Assembly: GCF_964355755.1 (NCBI RefSeq) | Contig: NC_092672.1 | Span: 11,594,001-11,658,000, forward strand | From: Antedon mediterranea | Taxonomy: Eukaryota > Animalia > Echinodermata | Length of the DNA: 64,000 nucleotides | Direction of reading: 5' to 3' | Shown here: positions 13,528-27,573 of the stretch, piece by piece | Position numbering within the stretch: position 1 is the stretch's first letter | Layout: every line of letters starts with the position of its first letter | The notes under the pieces: generated by a model | Database searches by the model: none | Seen by the model: the letters and a program-made list of their open reading frames with translations, nothing else | Told to the model about the DNA's origin: nothing | Program-made: the position numbers and the translations under genes

Positions 13528-16500
13528 ATGGGTAGATCTTCAAAAGATAAACGTGATATTTATTATCGTCTTGCTAAAGAAGAAGGTTGGAGAGCTAGAA
13601 GTGCATTTAAATTATTGCAAATTAACGAAGACTTCGATATATTTTCAGGTAAGTTTTACTCCATCCATGTCCATACATATGGCATGTATCGGGATCCAGT
13701 CAAGTCGCCCCATCGCAAAGTCGCCCCATACAAAGTCGCCCAATACAAAGTCGCCCCATCGCAAAGTCGCCCCAAAACAAAGTCGCCCCGGCACAGTCGC
13801 CCCATTACAAAGTCGCCCCATCGCAAAGTCGCCCCATCGCAAAGTCGCCCCAACGCAAAGTCGCCCCATCGCAAAGTCGCCCCATCGCAAAGTCGCCCCA
13901 TCGCAAAGTCGCCCACGGTTTTATTTCGGAAGTGCCGCCGCTAGTAGTAGTACGCTGTTTTAATCATATAGCGGTTGCGTTTGATATCGATTGCGTTGTT
14001 ACTTTGGTCGCGCTAAAGGTCGTATACATTATAATGTTTATCCTATTAATATATACATAATTTGTGTTTTAATTTTTATTTTACAGGTTTTAATGGAGTG
14101 ATGTGCTTTTTAAAAATCATTAAAAAATAGTCCCTTGTTTGAAAGTTCTAAAAAGATTTCGAAAAGATTATCCCTGATTTATAGTTTCGAAAATAATTTA
14201 ATATGATTTTAAAATTAGTTACCAGAGCCACAATTACGAATCTTTCTTCAACCTACGCGTGGATACCAGCTCATTTTTTAGGATAATATAATAAGTGTAT
14301 AAATAGTAGGCCTTCGTATATTTACAGTAGTTAAAACAATAACAGCGTTGTAAGACAATAAATGTTATATATAGGCTACTTATTGATCATTTTGCATTTA
14401 TTGACAACTTATGTGTCTATAGTTATTTAATTTTAATTATGACTTGAAGAAATAAAAAAAGGGGGATTTCTTCGCCGATATGATCGTTTTACACATGCAG
14501 GTATTTTAGTAAAATTAAAACGCTACATTTTGACCATGGAAAAACCATCGTACAGTATGATTATCGTGTGCGTGTTTTTTTTAAAAGGGGAATCCCCGAC
14601 GGGCAGCAGAAAGACGTAGCAGCTGTGAGAAGGAAACAGATACGAGAAGGAGCAGCTCCGATTGGTTTCAGAGAATGTTTCAGATTGCGAGTCGCTTTTT
14701 ATTCAACAGCAGAATGATCATTTTACTGAAGAAATTCTTTTCAACCCTTTTTGTAATAGAACATTCTAATTATCAATGTATCATGCCTAATAAATATCCT
14801 CATATCGGGTGTTTATTTAATTTTAATAAACAAGACAGTGAAGAGGCACGGAATTACGTACACGGACGTACGACGAATACACACATGCACGTCATCATTT
14901 ACGACATATAGTGGCGATATGATGCAATTTTATAATGGATATAATGATGGGATTGCATTTCCAGGCTTATAATCAATGTTCATTGTAATACTATGTATAT
15001 AATAGTAAACTGAATGTTTATAAATAAATTGTTTTACCTAATTTGTTGCATATAAAAATAAAAGACACAGACGTAGCCTACGTTCCCTATAAAATATTTC
15101 ACATTTAAATTTATGTACTGTTAAATGACATTATGCTGAATAATAGGCTTACTATAATCTTAAACTATGTTTACAAATTGTCATTTTTAAGGCACACATC
15201 TTTCTCTCATCATAGACCTCAGTGTAAAATAAAAACAAAAATCAATTATTAATATAGGCCTAATAATAATAAATATTCATCGACCAAAGTAAAAATAATC
15301 TAGATCGTATAACATCATTTTATCGCGACCAAAATTAAACGCCACCGATTTCGAACGCGACTGATATCATCGTAAAACTCCGACGGGGTTTCCCCATCTG
15401 CAGATGGTGCGTTGTAGTGCGACAACGGCGGAGTAATTACGGGGGGTTTCCCTCTGGTGAGAGCTAGCACGTTAGTGCGACCGCGGAGTGATTAGTTGGG
15501 GGCTTCCTCTCTGATGATTGGGGAGCGTGCCGATCGTGTGACCTGAGACTACATGGCGGGGCTTCCCCTTTTATGCCTACACGTTCCGTGTTATTTTGTG
15601 TATCATTGCGACATTTTACGCACTTTTAAACTATTTTTTAACGTTTTGGGGCGACTTTGCGATGGGGCGACTTTGTGTTGGGGCGACTTTGCGATGGGGC
15701 GACTTTGCGTTGGGGCGACTTTGCGATGGGGCGACTTTGCAATGGGGCGACTGTGTCAGGGCGACTTTGTTTTGGGGCGACTTTGCGATGGGGCGACTGT
15801 GTATGGGGCGACTTTGTATGGGGCGACTTTGCGATGGGGCGACTTGACTAGCATCCCATGTATCATGCGGCATGGTCCTGCATGGTAAGCCTAACCTGGT
15901 CCTAGGCCTCGGCCTAGTTAGGCTAGCCTAGGCCGGTCCTACTACTAGGTAGCCTAAAGCCTATTTTAGACTTTAATTAATAGCCTGCAGACAGGTTAGT
16001 TTAGCTAGCTAGGCCTACAACTACATTCTAAAAAGGCTAGGCCTAGCCTAGTAGAAGATAGTAGAGTAGTAGTAGTACTAGGCCTAGTAAGTAGTAGGTA
16101 GTACTACTAGCCTAGTAGGTTGAATAGGCTCGGCCTACCTAGTAGGCCTAGTAGTACTACTATATATGGCTCGGGCTCAGTATATTAGCAACATTAGGAA
16201 ATGAAAATTCTCAAAAACAAATGTTGACGAAACATTTTATAATTGTTACTAAACTAAAGTGCAACATCTATATTTACTTCTCTGTTATTTTCCTCACATA
16301 ATATTTATCAATGTAAAATTGTCAACAAAATGAATGATTGCAACTGGAATCGTGGTTGTAACCTACGTTACATGTTTTATTTTCGACTTTCAATGTAAAC
16401 GATTATAAAGGCAACAATATTATATTTCTATGAATATGAAACTATAAAATAGTGTATGTAATCAAACAAAAACATGTATAATAACTTACATATTGTTACA

Positions 16501-19500
16501 TTCACTAATACATATTGTATTTTATAGTTTATACTTTATTAACATCTATAATAAAATGAGTCGTCAATCAAAGGTTGTTGTTGATTTCTTGTATGTCCGC
16601 ATACATTCCTGTCTTAAATTCACATAAATTAACACTCATTATTGTACTCTATTAAATAGTCATATGACAAAACTGGTGTTATCTTTCTTAGAAAATGTAT
16701 ACTGTGTTACAATTGAGTAACGTAAATTACGTATTCAGTAACGTAAATTACTGAATTGAAAGATGAATTCGTCATCAAAATAGTTAAATAAAAACAACAT
16801 TTGTAACTTTTAACAATAAACCTCATTGGTATTTTAGATCATTGCCATCACTTTAGTAGGCAAACAGATTATATGTTTCATTAAATCATCCCTTTTTTTT
16901 ATCTTCTATTAATTCAATGCATATTTTATATGTATAATATATATTTATTCATAAAAACTCTCATATGAAAATGTAAATTAGTGAATTTTATAATGCTAGT
17001 GTACATACTATTGTTTTGGTTAATATGATTATTATTATTTATTATAATTCTGTGAACTTTACAGTTGCTTGGCCTAATGCTTATATCAGTCTCAACTTTC
17101 TTAGTAACGTAAGTTACATTTCCTTTAATGTTTCAATTAATTGATTTGATTGCTTCATCGGGGCTTGTGATTGTGATCACACCTAGAGATTTTAATACGT
17201 TTAACTGAAGGGCAAAGTTCTGATGTTTTTGGCAAAGACTTGTGTTTCTTGCTGTGAATTTGACAAGTTTAATATTAGCATTTCTTTGTCGGATTTTCTT
17301 AAACGAGGAAAAAGAAACCTTCCGTTGCTCGGGATTTTCACTTTTGTACTTGGCAAACAAGTTCATCATGTAATCATTGAGGTATCTTATCTGGCGTTTT
17401 TCTTTGGTAGAAGATGTTTTGCAGGCATCTCGTTTTCCTGGCATCATCCTGGAGTTGTCATCTCTTTCCATGAAGCCTAATACTTCATTATGAAGAACTC
17501 CCCACGCCTTTTTTACATACTTCGCAGCTGTGATTCCTTGCTTTTTCGTCTTGGATAGGTTACGTTGACCAAGGCCCGACTCCCTTGAAACACGCGCGAT
17601 TAACCTGTATTTCTTGATTATCTTTCCAGATAGAACATTGCTAATCATTCTTCTGGCCTTCTGCCCTTGATTTATCTCTGTGCTCTCTCTTATTTCATCG
17701 AGCAGTGCATGTGAAAGCAGGAGTTGTTTTTTCAACCCTTTGGGTACTGATCTTGGTGACATACCTAGAAAATTGGAAATTACATCAATACTAAATTAAG
17801 TACGGTTTAGAATATTTAAATATTATCTCAATTGATATGTTCAGGAAGATAATGGTTTAAGCGGCATGTAATGGGCAGAAAAAGAAAATACGTATATTCA
17901 CATCACCATACACGACATGGAACAAGTTATCAATTATAAGGCCTTGAGTACATTTTGTGGATATTTGCTCTATATTATAAATAGCCAATATTATCATTAT
18001 TAATAATAATTATGCGTGAATAAAACAGTACATTCATTCGTGACCTACCTGCATTTCGTAAATCCTGATTTGCTTTCGATCTTGGAGAGTCAGTACTACT
18101 CATGGACGAGTCATGACTGGTAGATGGGATGCAATTCTTATTTACTTTCTTCAAAGCTCTTTCATAGCGCTTGTTTATGGTTTTTTTTTGTATGGTCATT
18201 TTCTGTAACTCCAAATTTAATTTTTCGATGCGACGATGGGCTCGACTTAGTGCTCTGCCAACACGTTTTCGAGTAGAAATACGTCTCTTAAACGACATCT
18301 TGATGCGTAGAGGAGAAGTTGGTGAAACCACATCGGAAGATATGGCTGAATCATCATTACTACTACTAGGTTCGTCAGCTTCTTCTGGGTGTTGTACTTG
18401 TAGTTGGGCTTGAACTTGCTTCACGTACCTTCAATGTTTCTGTACTCTTCTTTTCACCGTCGCTCTCCGTGCATTTCTATCTCTTGTTGTAAGTTCTGCT
18501 GACGGAACATAGTATTTCATTGCACGTCTTGCTTCTGCTTGCAAGTACTCTGCTCCTCGCTTCTCTTTTTGTCGTTCCCGATACGCTGCCTGAATCTCGG
18601 CTCGTGACTTTACCATTATCACCAGTGTCACCTAGTGTTTAACAAAATGTATTAGTATTAAATCGAAATAAACAAATAGTAAACTATATTTTTACACTTT
18701 AAATAACCATAATGTAAAAAAATACATTGACTTTGTATGTAGTAAATTATGTAACTTACGTTACCATGAACTTACTATTAATACTTGTGAGTATCGATAT
18801 TACAATGAAACAAGATGTATCCAGGTACATGACATACGTTTGACAATGAATATTCATAAACATATATACACAGATATTATCTTAATATCATTGCTATGTT
18901 CGGTAATGTTACAACAACATAGACATACAACATCAATGTGAAACTTACGTTACCATAGTATCAAGGGCAAAGAAACTTCCCATAAAATAACCCTAAATAA
19001 AATCAACTCCGGTTGGAGGTAATGTTCATTATTGCCTGTATAATATAACTTAAATTATTTGAATATACTGAGTAGAAAAAAAACAAGACGTCTTAGAAAT
19101 GAGGTATATAAAATGGTAACCTACGTTACATGTAGTGTAATTTACGTTACGTTGTTGCCTATACTAGCTTACTAGTGTAAATTGTACAATGTAATAACAT
19201 ACTTGCATATCTGTCTAATTTCCTAAATTATAAACATTAGGAAAGTTGTTCTAAATGATCTTTAGTGAATTAAGCATTTGAATACTTACTAAAATATACT
19301 CGAAAATCTGATATATGACGAATAAACTATGAAATTGTGAAGAAGTATTTATAAAAACGTGGTCAAAATTGCCGCTGTCTGCCGAATCACGTGGTTAAAA
19401 CTTTTTATTGTTTCAGAGGGCGTTTTCTTGATCATAAGAATATCTGTATTCCTTAGAAATGTCCACAATATTAAAGCTCATCAGTAACAATATATATGGT

Positions 19501-22500
19501 AACGTAAGTTACCATAACGTAAATTTCAAATGAACTTCAAAGGCTCAAATAATTAAATCTTAAAACAACAACAAAATAATCAGTTTAAAATTAAACTTGA
19601 CGTAACTAATCTTATAAATTATTATAACATGTGTGTACACAAACCGGATCCTAAGAAGAAATGGGGTAACGTAGGTTACATCGCTTAACCAATCGTTTTT
19701 CATTAACACTTTCCAGGCAATTTTATAACGTATTTACATTATATTTCATCCGCGCAAGCAATATAATCGTTATCAAGAGTACAAATCACATATAATACGA
19801 AGAAAAACACTTTTATAGGTAATTATTAATTGATATTTAATGCATTTTTTAAAGTCTGTAACGTAAGTTACGTCATTTGTGCGACATATTTAATTGAAGA
19901 ATTTTTTTAAATAAAACTCATTTTTTGTCAAAATTTCACTTACATGCATTAAACGTATAGGTAAGGCTTCAAAATATACAGTATTTACAATGATAAATGG
20001 GATTATATTTAATTTTTACACTAGTGAATATTATGAAATTGGCCGGCGACAGGCGGTTTTGTGTCATATCATGAAGTTTAAAGTGACATTATTTTTTAAG
20101 GGCAAGGATTTTCAAAATGAAACTTGGCCAATACAAAGAATAACGTTTCCTGTACCGTCATAACGCTTTAAATCACACTTTTAGTGCATAGTTTTAAATA
20201 TATACAGTAACACAGTAATTATAGGCGACATTGGTTTTTCATATTCGTGTTGGTATAGTGAGCCTGAGCCATATACCTATATATGGTAGGCCTATATAGG
20301 ATAGGGATCTACTAGATAAGCTAGTGGACTAGAGTAGAGAGCATTCGACTCGGGGACATTTCACCTTTTTTGTATACGTCATTGTTGTTGCAGAAAACTC
20401 TCCCTAGTCTAAGCCCTCTAAGCACTGGGATCCAATGTAGTAGAGAGGAATATGGCCGTCGGTCTAAAGAAGAACTGAAGGAGGAACAAAACAATACAGT
20501 GAACGCCCATCCAAACTTGAAGTTTCTGCATCTGAACATTGGAAACCAGCAGTTAATGCACCAGTCATCAGCCTTATGCACTTATCAATTGTATGACCCA
20601 CTATACGACCCCCGGGAGAGGTGCGTCATGGGTGCGTCATTTACAAATAATTACTGACGCAAGGGTGCGTCAAAAAACCTAGATGGTACGTCACATCAAT
20701 GAACAAGGTGTGTCAATGTCCGTCACTTTACCACCCACCATATCATAAACAACATGGTCACAGTGCATCAAAATAGGTGCGTCATGGTCACCTAAAGGTA
20801 AGTCACATTTTTGACGCACAGGTGCGTCATGGTATTCAAAGGTATGACGCACATCGGACAAATGACGCACCTCTCCCGGGGGTCATATAGTGGGTCATAC
20901 AATTGACAAGTGCATTATTATTTCGTAGAACGAGAGTACTGCAGACTTTGGCTACTGCTGATGCTGGCTAAGTTGTGCAGTCTCAATTTGATTGATCAGG
21001 AACACTAGCTTGAACCACCAACGGATGGCCTGGAAAATACCAGCCGGCCCGGTTGTGTCATTGTAATGCAAAGATAGAACACTAATTTGAGTTTGGCACC
21101 TAAAATTTTCCATTTTTAGGCCCTGGCCCCTATTTAAAATGAGGCACAGTTGTGAAGTGGGCCTAAAGTGGCTCTTGGCAATGTTGGCTCAATTGATTGA
21201 TCAGGAACATTAGGTTAAATCACCAACAAATGGCCTAGGGAAGACCGAATTTTGGTGGTGGTGTGACGTTGCGTTGATAGTGGGGAAGAACAGTGAACAA
21301 CCATCCAAATTTTAAGCTTCTGGATCTGAGTGTTGGAAGCCAGCGGTTGCCCCAGTCATGGTTGCCCCAGTCATGGTTCTCCCAGTCATGGTTCCCCTCA
21401 ACTGTTTATATTACAACTGTCAGATATCTGGCACATGGAACGAGTAGAGCAAATGGAAAGTGAACTTCAGCCTGTAGAGGCAACACGGCAGATTGCCTTA
21501 TTTTGGCGATCCCACTACATTCCCCACTAATTTAATTGTGAAATCAGCGCTCTGATGGCTCCTGGCCACTTCTAATGCTGGCTCAGCTGTGCAGTGGGCC
21601 GTTAAGAGTGGCCCCTGGCTACTGCTAATGCTAGCTCAGCTGTGTAGTAGCCCTAAGAGTGGCTACTGCTAATGCTAGCTCAGCTGTGCAGTGGGCCTAA
21701 GAGAGTGGCTCGTGGCTCCTGCTAATGCTGGCTCATCTGTGCAGTGGGCCTAAGAGTGGCTACTGCTGATGCTGCTCAGCTGTGCAGTGGGCCTAAGAGA
21801 GTGGCTCGTGGCTACTGCTAATGCTGGCTCATCTGTGCAGTGGGCCTAAGAGTGGCTACTGCTGATGCTGCTCAGCTGTGCAGTGGGCCTAAGAGAGTGG
21901 CTCCTGGCTACTGCTGATGCTGGCTCAATTTGATTTCAGGAACATTGGGTTGAACAACCGATGATTGTCAAGAATGTATACTTTTCCCTGCAGTGGCACT
22001 GTTATGGACGTTTCAGTACTTAAGGTCATAATCTTGTTTCATCCACTTCTGGGTTTGGTTGAGTGTCTTCCTTCCTGGTGACTCCATGAGCATCGCAAAT
22101 GCTTTCACTACTGTATTTCAGCATCACACAGTTGGTGCTTCCCCATCGGACAGTGGATCGGTATTGCCCGAACATAAGGTTGTCTGAAAGGTTGACTCCT
22201 CATTCTTACACCTGAAACAGCTCACCTCCCAGAACTTCATCAGATGCATTGCCATTCAGAATGAATTTGTCCATCCCATTCGGCAAGTCGAGGAGAGAGA
22301 TTGGATCCCAGTGAAATTGGTCACTTCACAGACGTGTAGCTTGTCTATCAAACTTCCCAATGAACTCTTTAATATTAATTACCAGCTCTAAGAACAGTTG
22401 AACTTCAGTGCATTTACTTTGTACAAGCACTATACAGATCAGATGATAATTATGTATGTACATTTTCATATTGTAGCAGACAAAAGCTTGGATGTGGTAG

Positions 22501-25500
22501 CACTATAATATGGAAACATCAACGGAGATGTATATTTATTATACAATTTTAGATAAACAGTGTGGTGGTGATTAAAACATTTTGCTATACCTGTTTGTAT
22601 TCATAATAGAATAATGCACTTGTCAATTGTATGACCCACTATACGACCCCCGGGAGGGGTGCGTCATGGGTGCGTCATTTACAAATAATTACTGACGCAG
22701 GGGTGCGTCAAAAAACCTAGATGGTACGTCATATCAATAGACAAGGTGTGTCAATGTCCGTCACTTTACCACCCACCATATCATAAACAACATGGTAACA
22801 GTGTGTCAAAATGGGTGCGTCATGGTCACCTAAGGTAAGTCACATTTTTGACGCACGGGTGGTATTCAATGGTATGACGCACATCGGACAAATGACGCAC
22901 CTCTCCCGAGGGTCGTATAGTGGGTCATACAATTGACAAGTGCATAATATAATTGTATCAAAGATCTTTAGTTAGAGCGAAATATTTGGTTGTGTTAAGT
23001 ACTGTATGGTTACAACGAATATTTTTTTCCTATATTTGTAGGTGTTACTAGAGCTGTTGATTTATGTGCAGCACCTGGGAGCTGGAGCCAAGTTTTAAGT
23101 CGTAAACTACGGTAAACATTACACAGGCACTATTATTTATTGTACCAACTTAACTCACACTCGCAACACCGGAATATGTTTGGTCCAGCCTAATACGTTT
23201 GGTCTTCCAGAAATGTTTGAATTTTATTTTAATGGTAGAAATCAAATTTAAGACCATTACTTAGCAGAGTTTCTGGAATTGATAGAATTGAATATACGGT
23301 AAATCAAATTTGTGACCATTTAAAATTTCATGCTTTGGCAGAATTTCTGGTATTGAGAGAGTCGACTGAAAATCAAATATGTGAGCATTTAGACCTCATG
23401 AAAATCTGTATTGGGAGAATCGACTATACTGTATTTCAATTTGTTTGCCTTGTGCTAAGAAGTCACACTTGGATATTAACTTAGCGTTCAACCTATGCTC
23501 CTATTATTTTCCTATGTATACAGATGTATTGTCCCTTTGACTAATTCCCCAAAAATTTTTTTAACAGATTTCGACAAAAAGTGGATCATTTTGAAGCAGC
23601 ATAATTGTTATTAACTTTCACCAAAAATTAGTAAAAAAAATTTAACTGAAATAGAGACATTTTTTTTGTTAAAAACATGTTTGGCTACGCTGTATGCATA
23701 ATCATAACATTTCCTCGCGATCTGTTTGAAAACACCTTCTCAATCGTGACAAGTTGTAAACAATCTTCATTAGCACCATACATAATGCATATTCATGGTT
23801 TGAAATCTTTGTTTACTTTCGCTAGCGACGATTTTCCAGACAAAATGTAATCAAATTAATTTACCTGTTAATTACGTAGACTTGTTGTTTTTGGCTTGAA
23901 TTTTTGACTTAAAGTGAACAACTTTAATATTACTGTGATATGGCCAATTTAAATTTAGAATATTTTGACCTTCATTTTTGTGTGTTTCAAGGGACAATAC
24001 ATCTTAACAAGTAATACAAGCTAACCATTAAATATTAACCATCACCATATTAACATTTTGTAAATGGTTTTCATGATGAGTTAACATTTTTGGTTTTTCT
24101 AGTCACATATTTTATACTGCATAATGAATTAATTTTACTAATAAATAGTGCAAAAGAAGAGACCAGAGACCAGGTAAAGATTGTTGCAGTAGATCTGCAA
24201 GCAATGGCTCCATTACCAGGTGTTACACAGCTACAAGGTGACATTACAAAGGTACTGCTCAGAACTAATTAAAAATCAGTACATTAATGGGCAGTTTTAC
24301 ATTGAATGATTACAAATTCTTGTAAACCTTGTATAATTATTTAGTGATAATTTTAAGATTCAGAAAAAATCTGTGCTACTGGTGTAACTCTATAAATAGA
24401 ATATATGTCACTCTCCTAAGTGAGGCGTTCATAGAGAGACCTTGTTGGTTGAATAGAGACTGTTAAGGAAGAGACAATTGTTGATATCAAATAAACCTGT
24501 AATTATTGTTTAACTACTTTTAGTAACTGGCTTTATCTGCTAATAATGTTACACATTTACACTGGTGTCATAATTGTCTGACTATCTATATGCTTGGTTC
24601 CCACTTAAACTCAACACAACATTCAAAACGCACAACACACACAAAGTGAGTTGACGAATCACATAGACAATTTGGATGATTCATGTCGTGATTGGTCAAA
24701 TCACTTAAAGACCAGTTGTATCCTTGAGTTGAGTCGAAGTGAGAACCGAGCTTTAGATTTGAGCTGCTTCGGGATATTGAGTGCTTAAAATACACATATA
24801 TTTTCTGTTTGCATACAGGTGTCAACAGCCAATGAAATTGTCAGTCATTTTGAAGGAGAGAAAGCAGATCTAGTGGTCTGTGATGGAGCCCCCGATGGTA
24901 AGACCAACTATTATAAATTATTATGTAACACCTAAATAAATTCCTGTCATTTGATTGGACGATTGTGGGTCAACATGGCGTGCAATAGTACGGACTATTA
25001 AACGCTGTCGCTATTCACCTCATGCCATTATTTGTACCATTACACTCATAAACATTCATTACTTGTATATTATTACATTGCTGTAAAGTAATGATGGAAA
25101 CAAGCATAAAGCTGTGTTTTTCATAATTACAGATAATACTAATAATAAACTCACAATATTTACAATTTCCATTATAGTAACAGGACTTCATGATATAGAT
25201 GAATACATACAAGCGCAGCTGCTTCTGGCTGTAAGTACAAATAACTTATTGTGAGACAAGGATAGCACTATTATAATACAGTACAATTATTAAAGACAAC
25301 TTCCCCTAACAACAAGACACCAGAATGATGTTCTGTGTGAAAAGATCATATTTAAAATGCGAAAACCAGATAAATTTTCAGGAGAACAAGGTTTTTGCAA
25401 GCCTGTTGCTGATCATCAGTGAAATATTTTCAGTATACAGTAGGAGCCCCTCGTTTGGGACACCCTGCATGGAACATCCCTATTTCTATGTTTTTTCTTA

Positions 25501-27573
25501 AAACAAATGATAATAAATGATACTTGACTTGACTTGATTATTAAGAAAGAAACTTCATATGAACTGTGTCCAACCCCTTTCAGGGTTGAATGTAAAATTA
25601 GGTATTGTTATTTACTATACAGTAAAAAAAAATTATAATGATAAACAGGGGATATAATGTAATAAAGAAAAATAATTATATATTTGTTTTTATTTATTTT
25701 TTTATAGGCTTTGAACATTACAACACATGTTTTGAAATCTGATGGTACATTCGTTGCCAAAGTAAGATCTGTACAACAATCATTTGAATCCATAACCATG
25801 CGTAATTATATAGATTCTTGATTAGCCCAACCTGCCATATGGTAGCAAATTCATGTAAAGTGACTTTTAAAGTGGAAAAAGTTTGATTGAAATATTTAAC
25901 AGTTCGTAAACTAAACTAGAAATGTAAATGAGTTTGTCCTATACTTTGTAATCAACATTTACCTTTTTTTTATAGATTTTTCGTGGTAAAGATGTCACTT
26001 TGCTATATTCTCAGTTAAAGATATTCTTTCCAACAGTGACTGTTTCAAAGCCAAGAAGTAGTAGAAACTCAAGTATAGGTACAGTGTGATGTAAACATGT
26101 TCTTTGAGTGGAGTTTATTTCATAAATCAAGATCTGTAATATTAGTACTGTAGTAATAAAGATAATCATTATAGTTAATACTAGTTAATTTTGTTTTTGT
26201 TTGCTTAGTTATTGTTTAGTTATTCATCTTTTTATTTTTCTATAATGTTCTGCATTGTTTGCTGGACCGCACCGCATATTGTGAGTGCCACTGATACAAA
26301 GGTGTATATGGTCAACAAATAAATGAATAAATTATAATGCATACCAATTGTTTTTGCAGAATCCTTTGTGGTCTGTCAGGGCTACTCGCCACCAAAAGGC
26401 TATGTACCTAACATGTCAAATCCACTGCTGGACCAGCACTATGGTAAATTTTCTTCTTACTACAGCGTGATGTCTTCGTTATAAGACAGTTCTCCCAGAG
26501 GGCCCAGTAAAGGACCATGAACAGTTCCTCTACCTCTACTCCTTGTGAATATTGTAACAAGTTCTTTATCATGCACATGTTCAATTTACTGTATGTATAA
26601 TGAACCAACAGCTTTAGGTTCCATCCAAAAGATGAAGCAATGATAGTAAAGTATCTTACCCAAGGATACATACTATACAATATGGCACTTGAACACATGC
26701 CCCTCACATACATACCCCTATTACGCCACTCCATTCTTGCAATTTACTTTACATTTCTGATGTTCTTAGATGTTGACTTCAACTCACTAACAGGGGTAAA
26801 TCGTGTCATTGTACCCTTTCTTGCTTGTGGAGACCTCAGTGCTTATGATTCAGACAAGAATTATCCTCTAGAAGTAAGTTATTTCAGGTTTTAACTAACG
26901 CGAAACAAATCAACTACTTATGTTTGTATTGATACAGTTTTCAGTAGAAGTGTAAATCTAAAACACTATATCATATAATGTGCATGTATAAGTGCACATA
27001 TTGATCTGCACATGTTCAAGTATTACAACAATAATGTACATTGAGAATCTTATTTCTAATAATTAACATCAAACAAAATGGATGAAAGAATACTTATTAC
27101 TTACTTATTTTTAAATCAACAATAAAAAGAGTTTTTCATCACTAATTCCATATCTAATGCAAATAAAAAGTCTATTCAGACTTTTTTAAAATGTTGTGTA
27201 CTACATAATGTATGTGCGATACATTACTGTATATCTTGCATATCTTCCATATTGAATAAAATAAAAAAAAAATAATTCAACCTTTTGCAAGTACTGTACT
27301 ATAAATGCTGCCATACAAATTAATAGAATGATGACATCCGTTTAAATTTAAGGTATTTCCTTTTCATTGCAGCTTGAACATGGGGCTGGCTACAAGTATT
27401 TACCACCAACCCAGTCCCCAATCAACCCACCCTATCAAACAGCTTGCAAATTAAAGAAATCGGATCAGTTAGCAAAACAGGATGTGGCTGGTGCTTCTAC
27501 TACACAAGAAGAATCAGACTTAGCTGCTGCTACTAGTGATAAAGAAGAGGCAATAGTACAACCAATGACTTGA
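13528..27573 (+). CDS. FTSJ1: tRNA (C32/G34-2'-O)-methyltransferase FTSJ1/TRM7; 10 coding exons
   Basis: Exons 13528-13648, 23042-23111, 24149-24251, 24819-24897, 25178-25230, 25708-25761, 25976-26078, 26360-26443, 26770-26873, 27373-27573, all GT-AG and in phase. Motifs [101 protein letters not shown]. Confidence 0.98.
13691..15856. mobile_element. Foldback/MULE(Phantom)-like non-autonomous transposon with tandem-repeat TIRs and an 8-bp TSD
   Basis: The left arm of ~17-bp GCAAAGTCGCCCCATC repeats (13700-13915) mirrors the right arm GATGGGGCGACTTTGC (15647-15850). TSD CATGTATC at 13683-13690 and 15857-15864. Confidence 0.9.
15890..16165. repeat. TAGGCCTA/CTAG-rich low-complexity tract in FTSJ1 intron 1
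   Basis: Dense AGGCCT, GCTAG and TAGTA motifs. Confidence 0.8.
16168..20270 (-). mobile_element. Internally deleted DNA transposon (Sola-like), ATAT flanks
   Basis: Termini GGCTCGGGCTCAGTATA ... TATAGTGAGCCTGAGCC, flanked by ATAT on both sides (16164-16167, 20271-20274). Contains a transposase remnant. Confidence 0.75.
17133..18616 (-). pseudogene. Truncated transposase N-terminal half; two exons, nonsense codon
   Basis: Exon 18616-18049 ([17 protein letters not shown]..., in-frame TGA at 18433-18431) splices in phase to 17764-17133 ([36 protein letters not shown]). No DDE core downstream. Confidence 0.7.
20577..20914. mobile_element. PIF/Harbinger-type MITE, copy 1
   Basis: ~50-bp TIR TGCACTT(A/G)TCAATTGTATGACCCACTATA.GACCCCCGGGAGAGGTGCGTCA; TTA duplicated on both sides. 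Confidence 0.9.
21560..21930. repeat. Minisatellite, ~44-54-bp unit
   Basis: GGCTACTGCT(A/G)ATGCTGGCTCAGCTGTGCAGTGGGCCTAAGAGT repeated about 7 times; related dispersed copies near 20950 and 21140. Confidence 0.85.
22615..22944. mobile_element. PIF/Harbinger-type MITE, copy 2 (same family as 20577-20914)
   Basis: Near-identical to copy 1, but with its own TSD (TAA/TAA). Confidence 0.9.
23522..24004. mobile_element. Kolobok-like MITE (AGATGTATTGTCCC TIR)
   Basis: AGATGTATTGTCCCT ... AGGGACAATACATCT. Partial related copies end at ~10675 and ~29349. Confidence 0.7.
24590..24752. mobile_element. MITE (GCTTGGTTCCCACT TIR, PIF-like)
   Basis: TGCTTGGTTCCCACTTAAACTCAAC ... GTTGAGTCGAAGTGAGAACCGAGCT. 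Confidence 0.6.

Noticed and set aside
13700-13915. CRISPR-like regular repeats (also 21560-21930, 35718-36000, 42284-42530)
   Set aside because: No unique spacers, no cas genes, eukaryotic context; these are tandem or subterminal repeats.
13553-13963. Overlapping repetitive ORFs ([14 protein letters not shown] / [10 protein letters not shown]), mirrored at 15553-15888
   Set aside because: Translations of the 17-bp TIR repeats; FTSJ1 exon 1 ends at the GT at 13649.
21990-22430. Coding-like degenerate stretch on minus in FTSJ1 intron 1
   Set aside because: Multiple stops and no recognisable motif; cannot be assigned without a BLASTX search.
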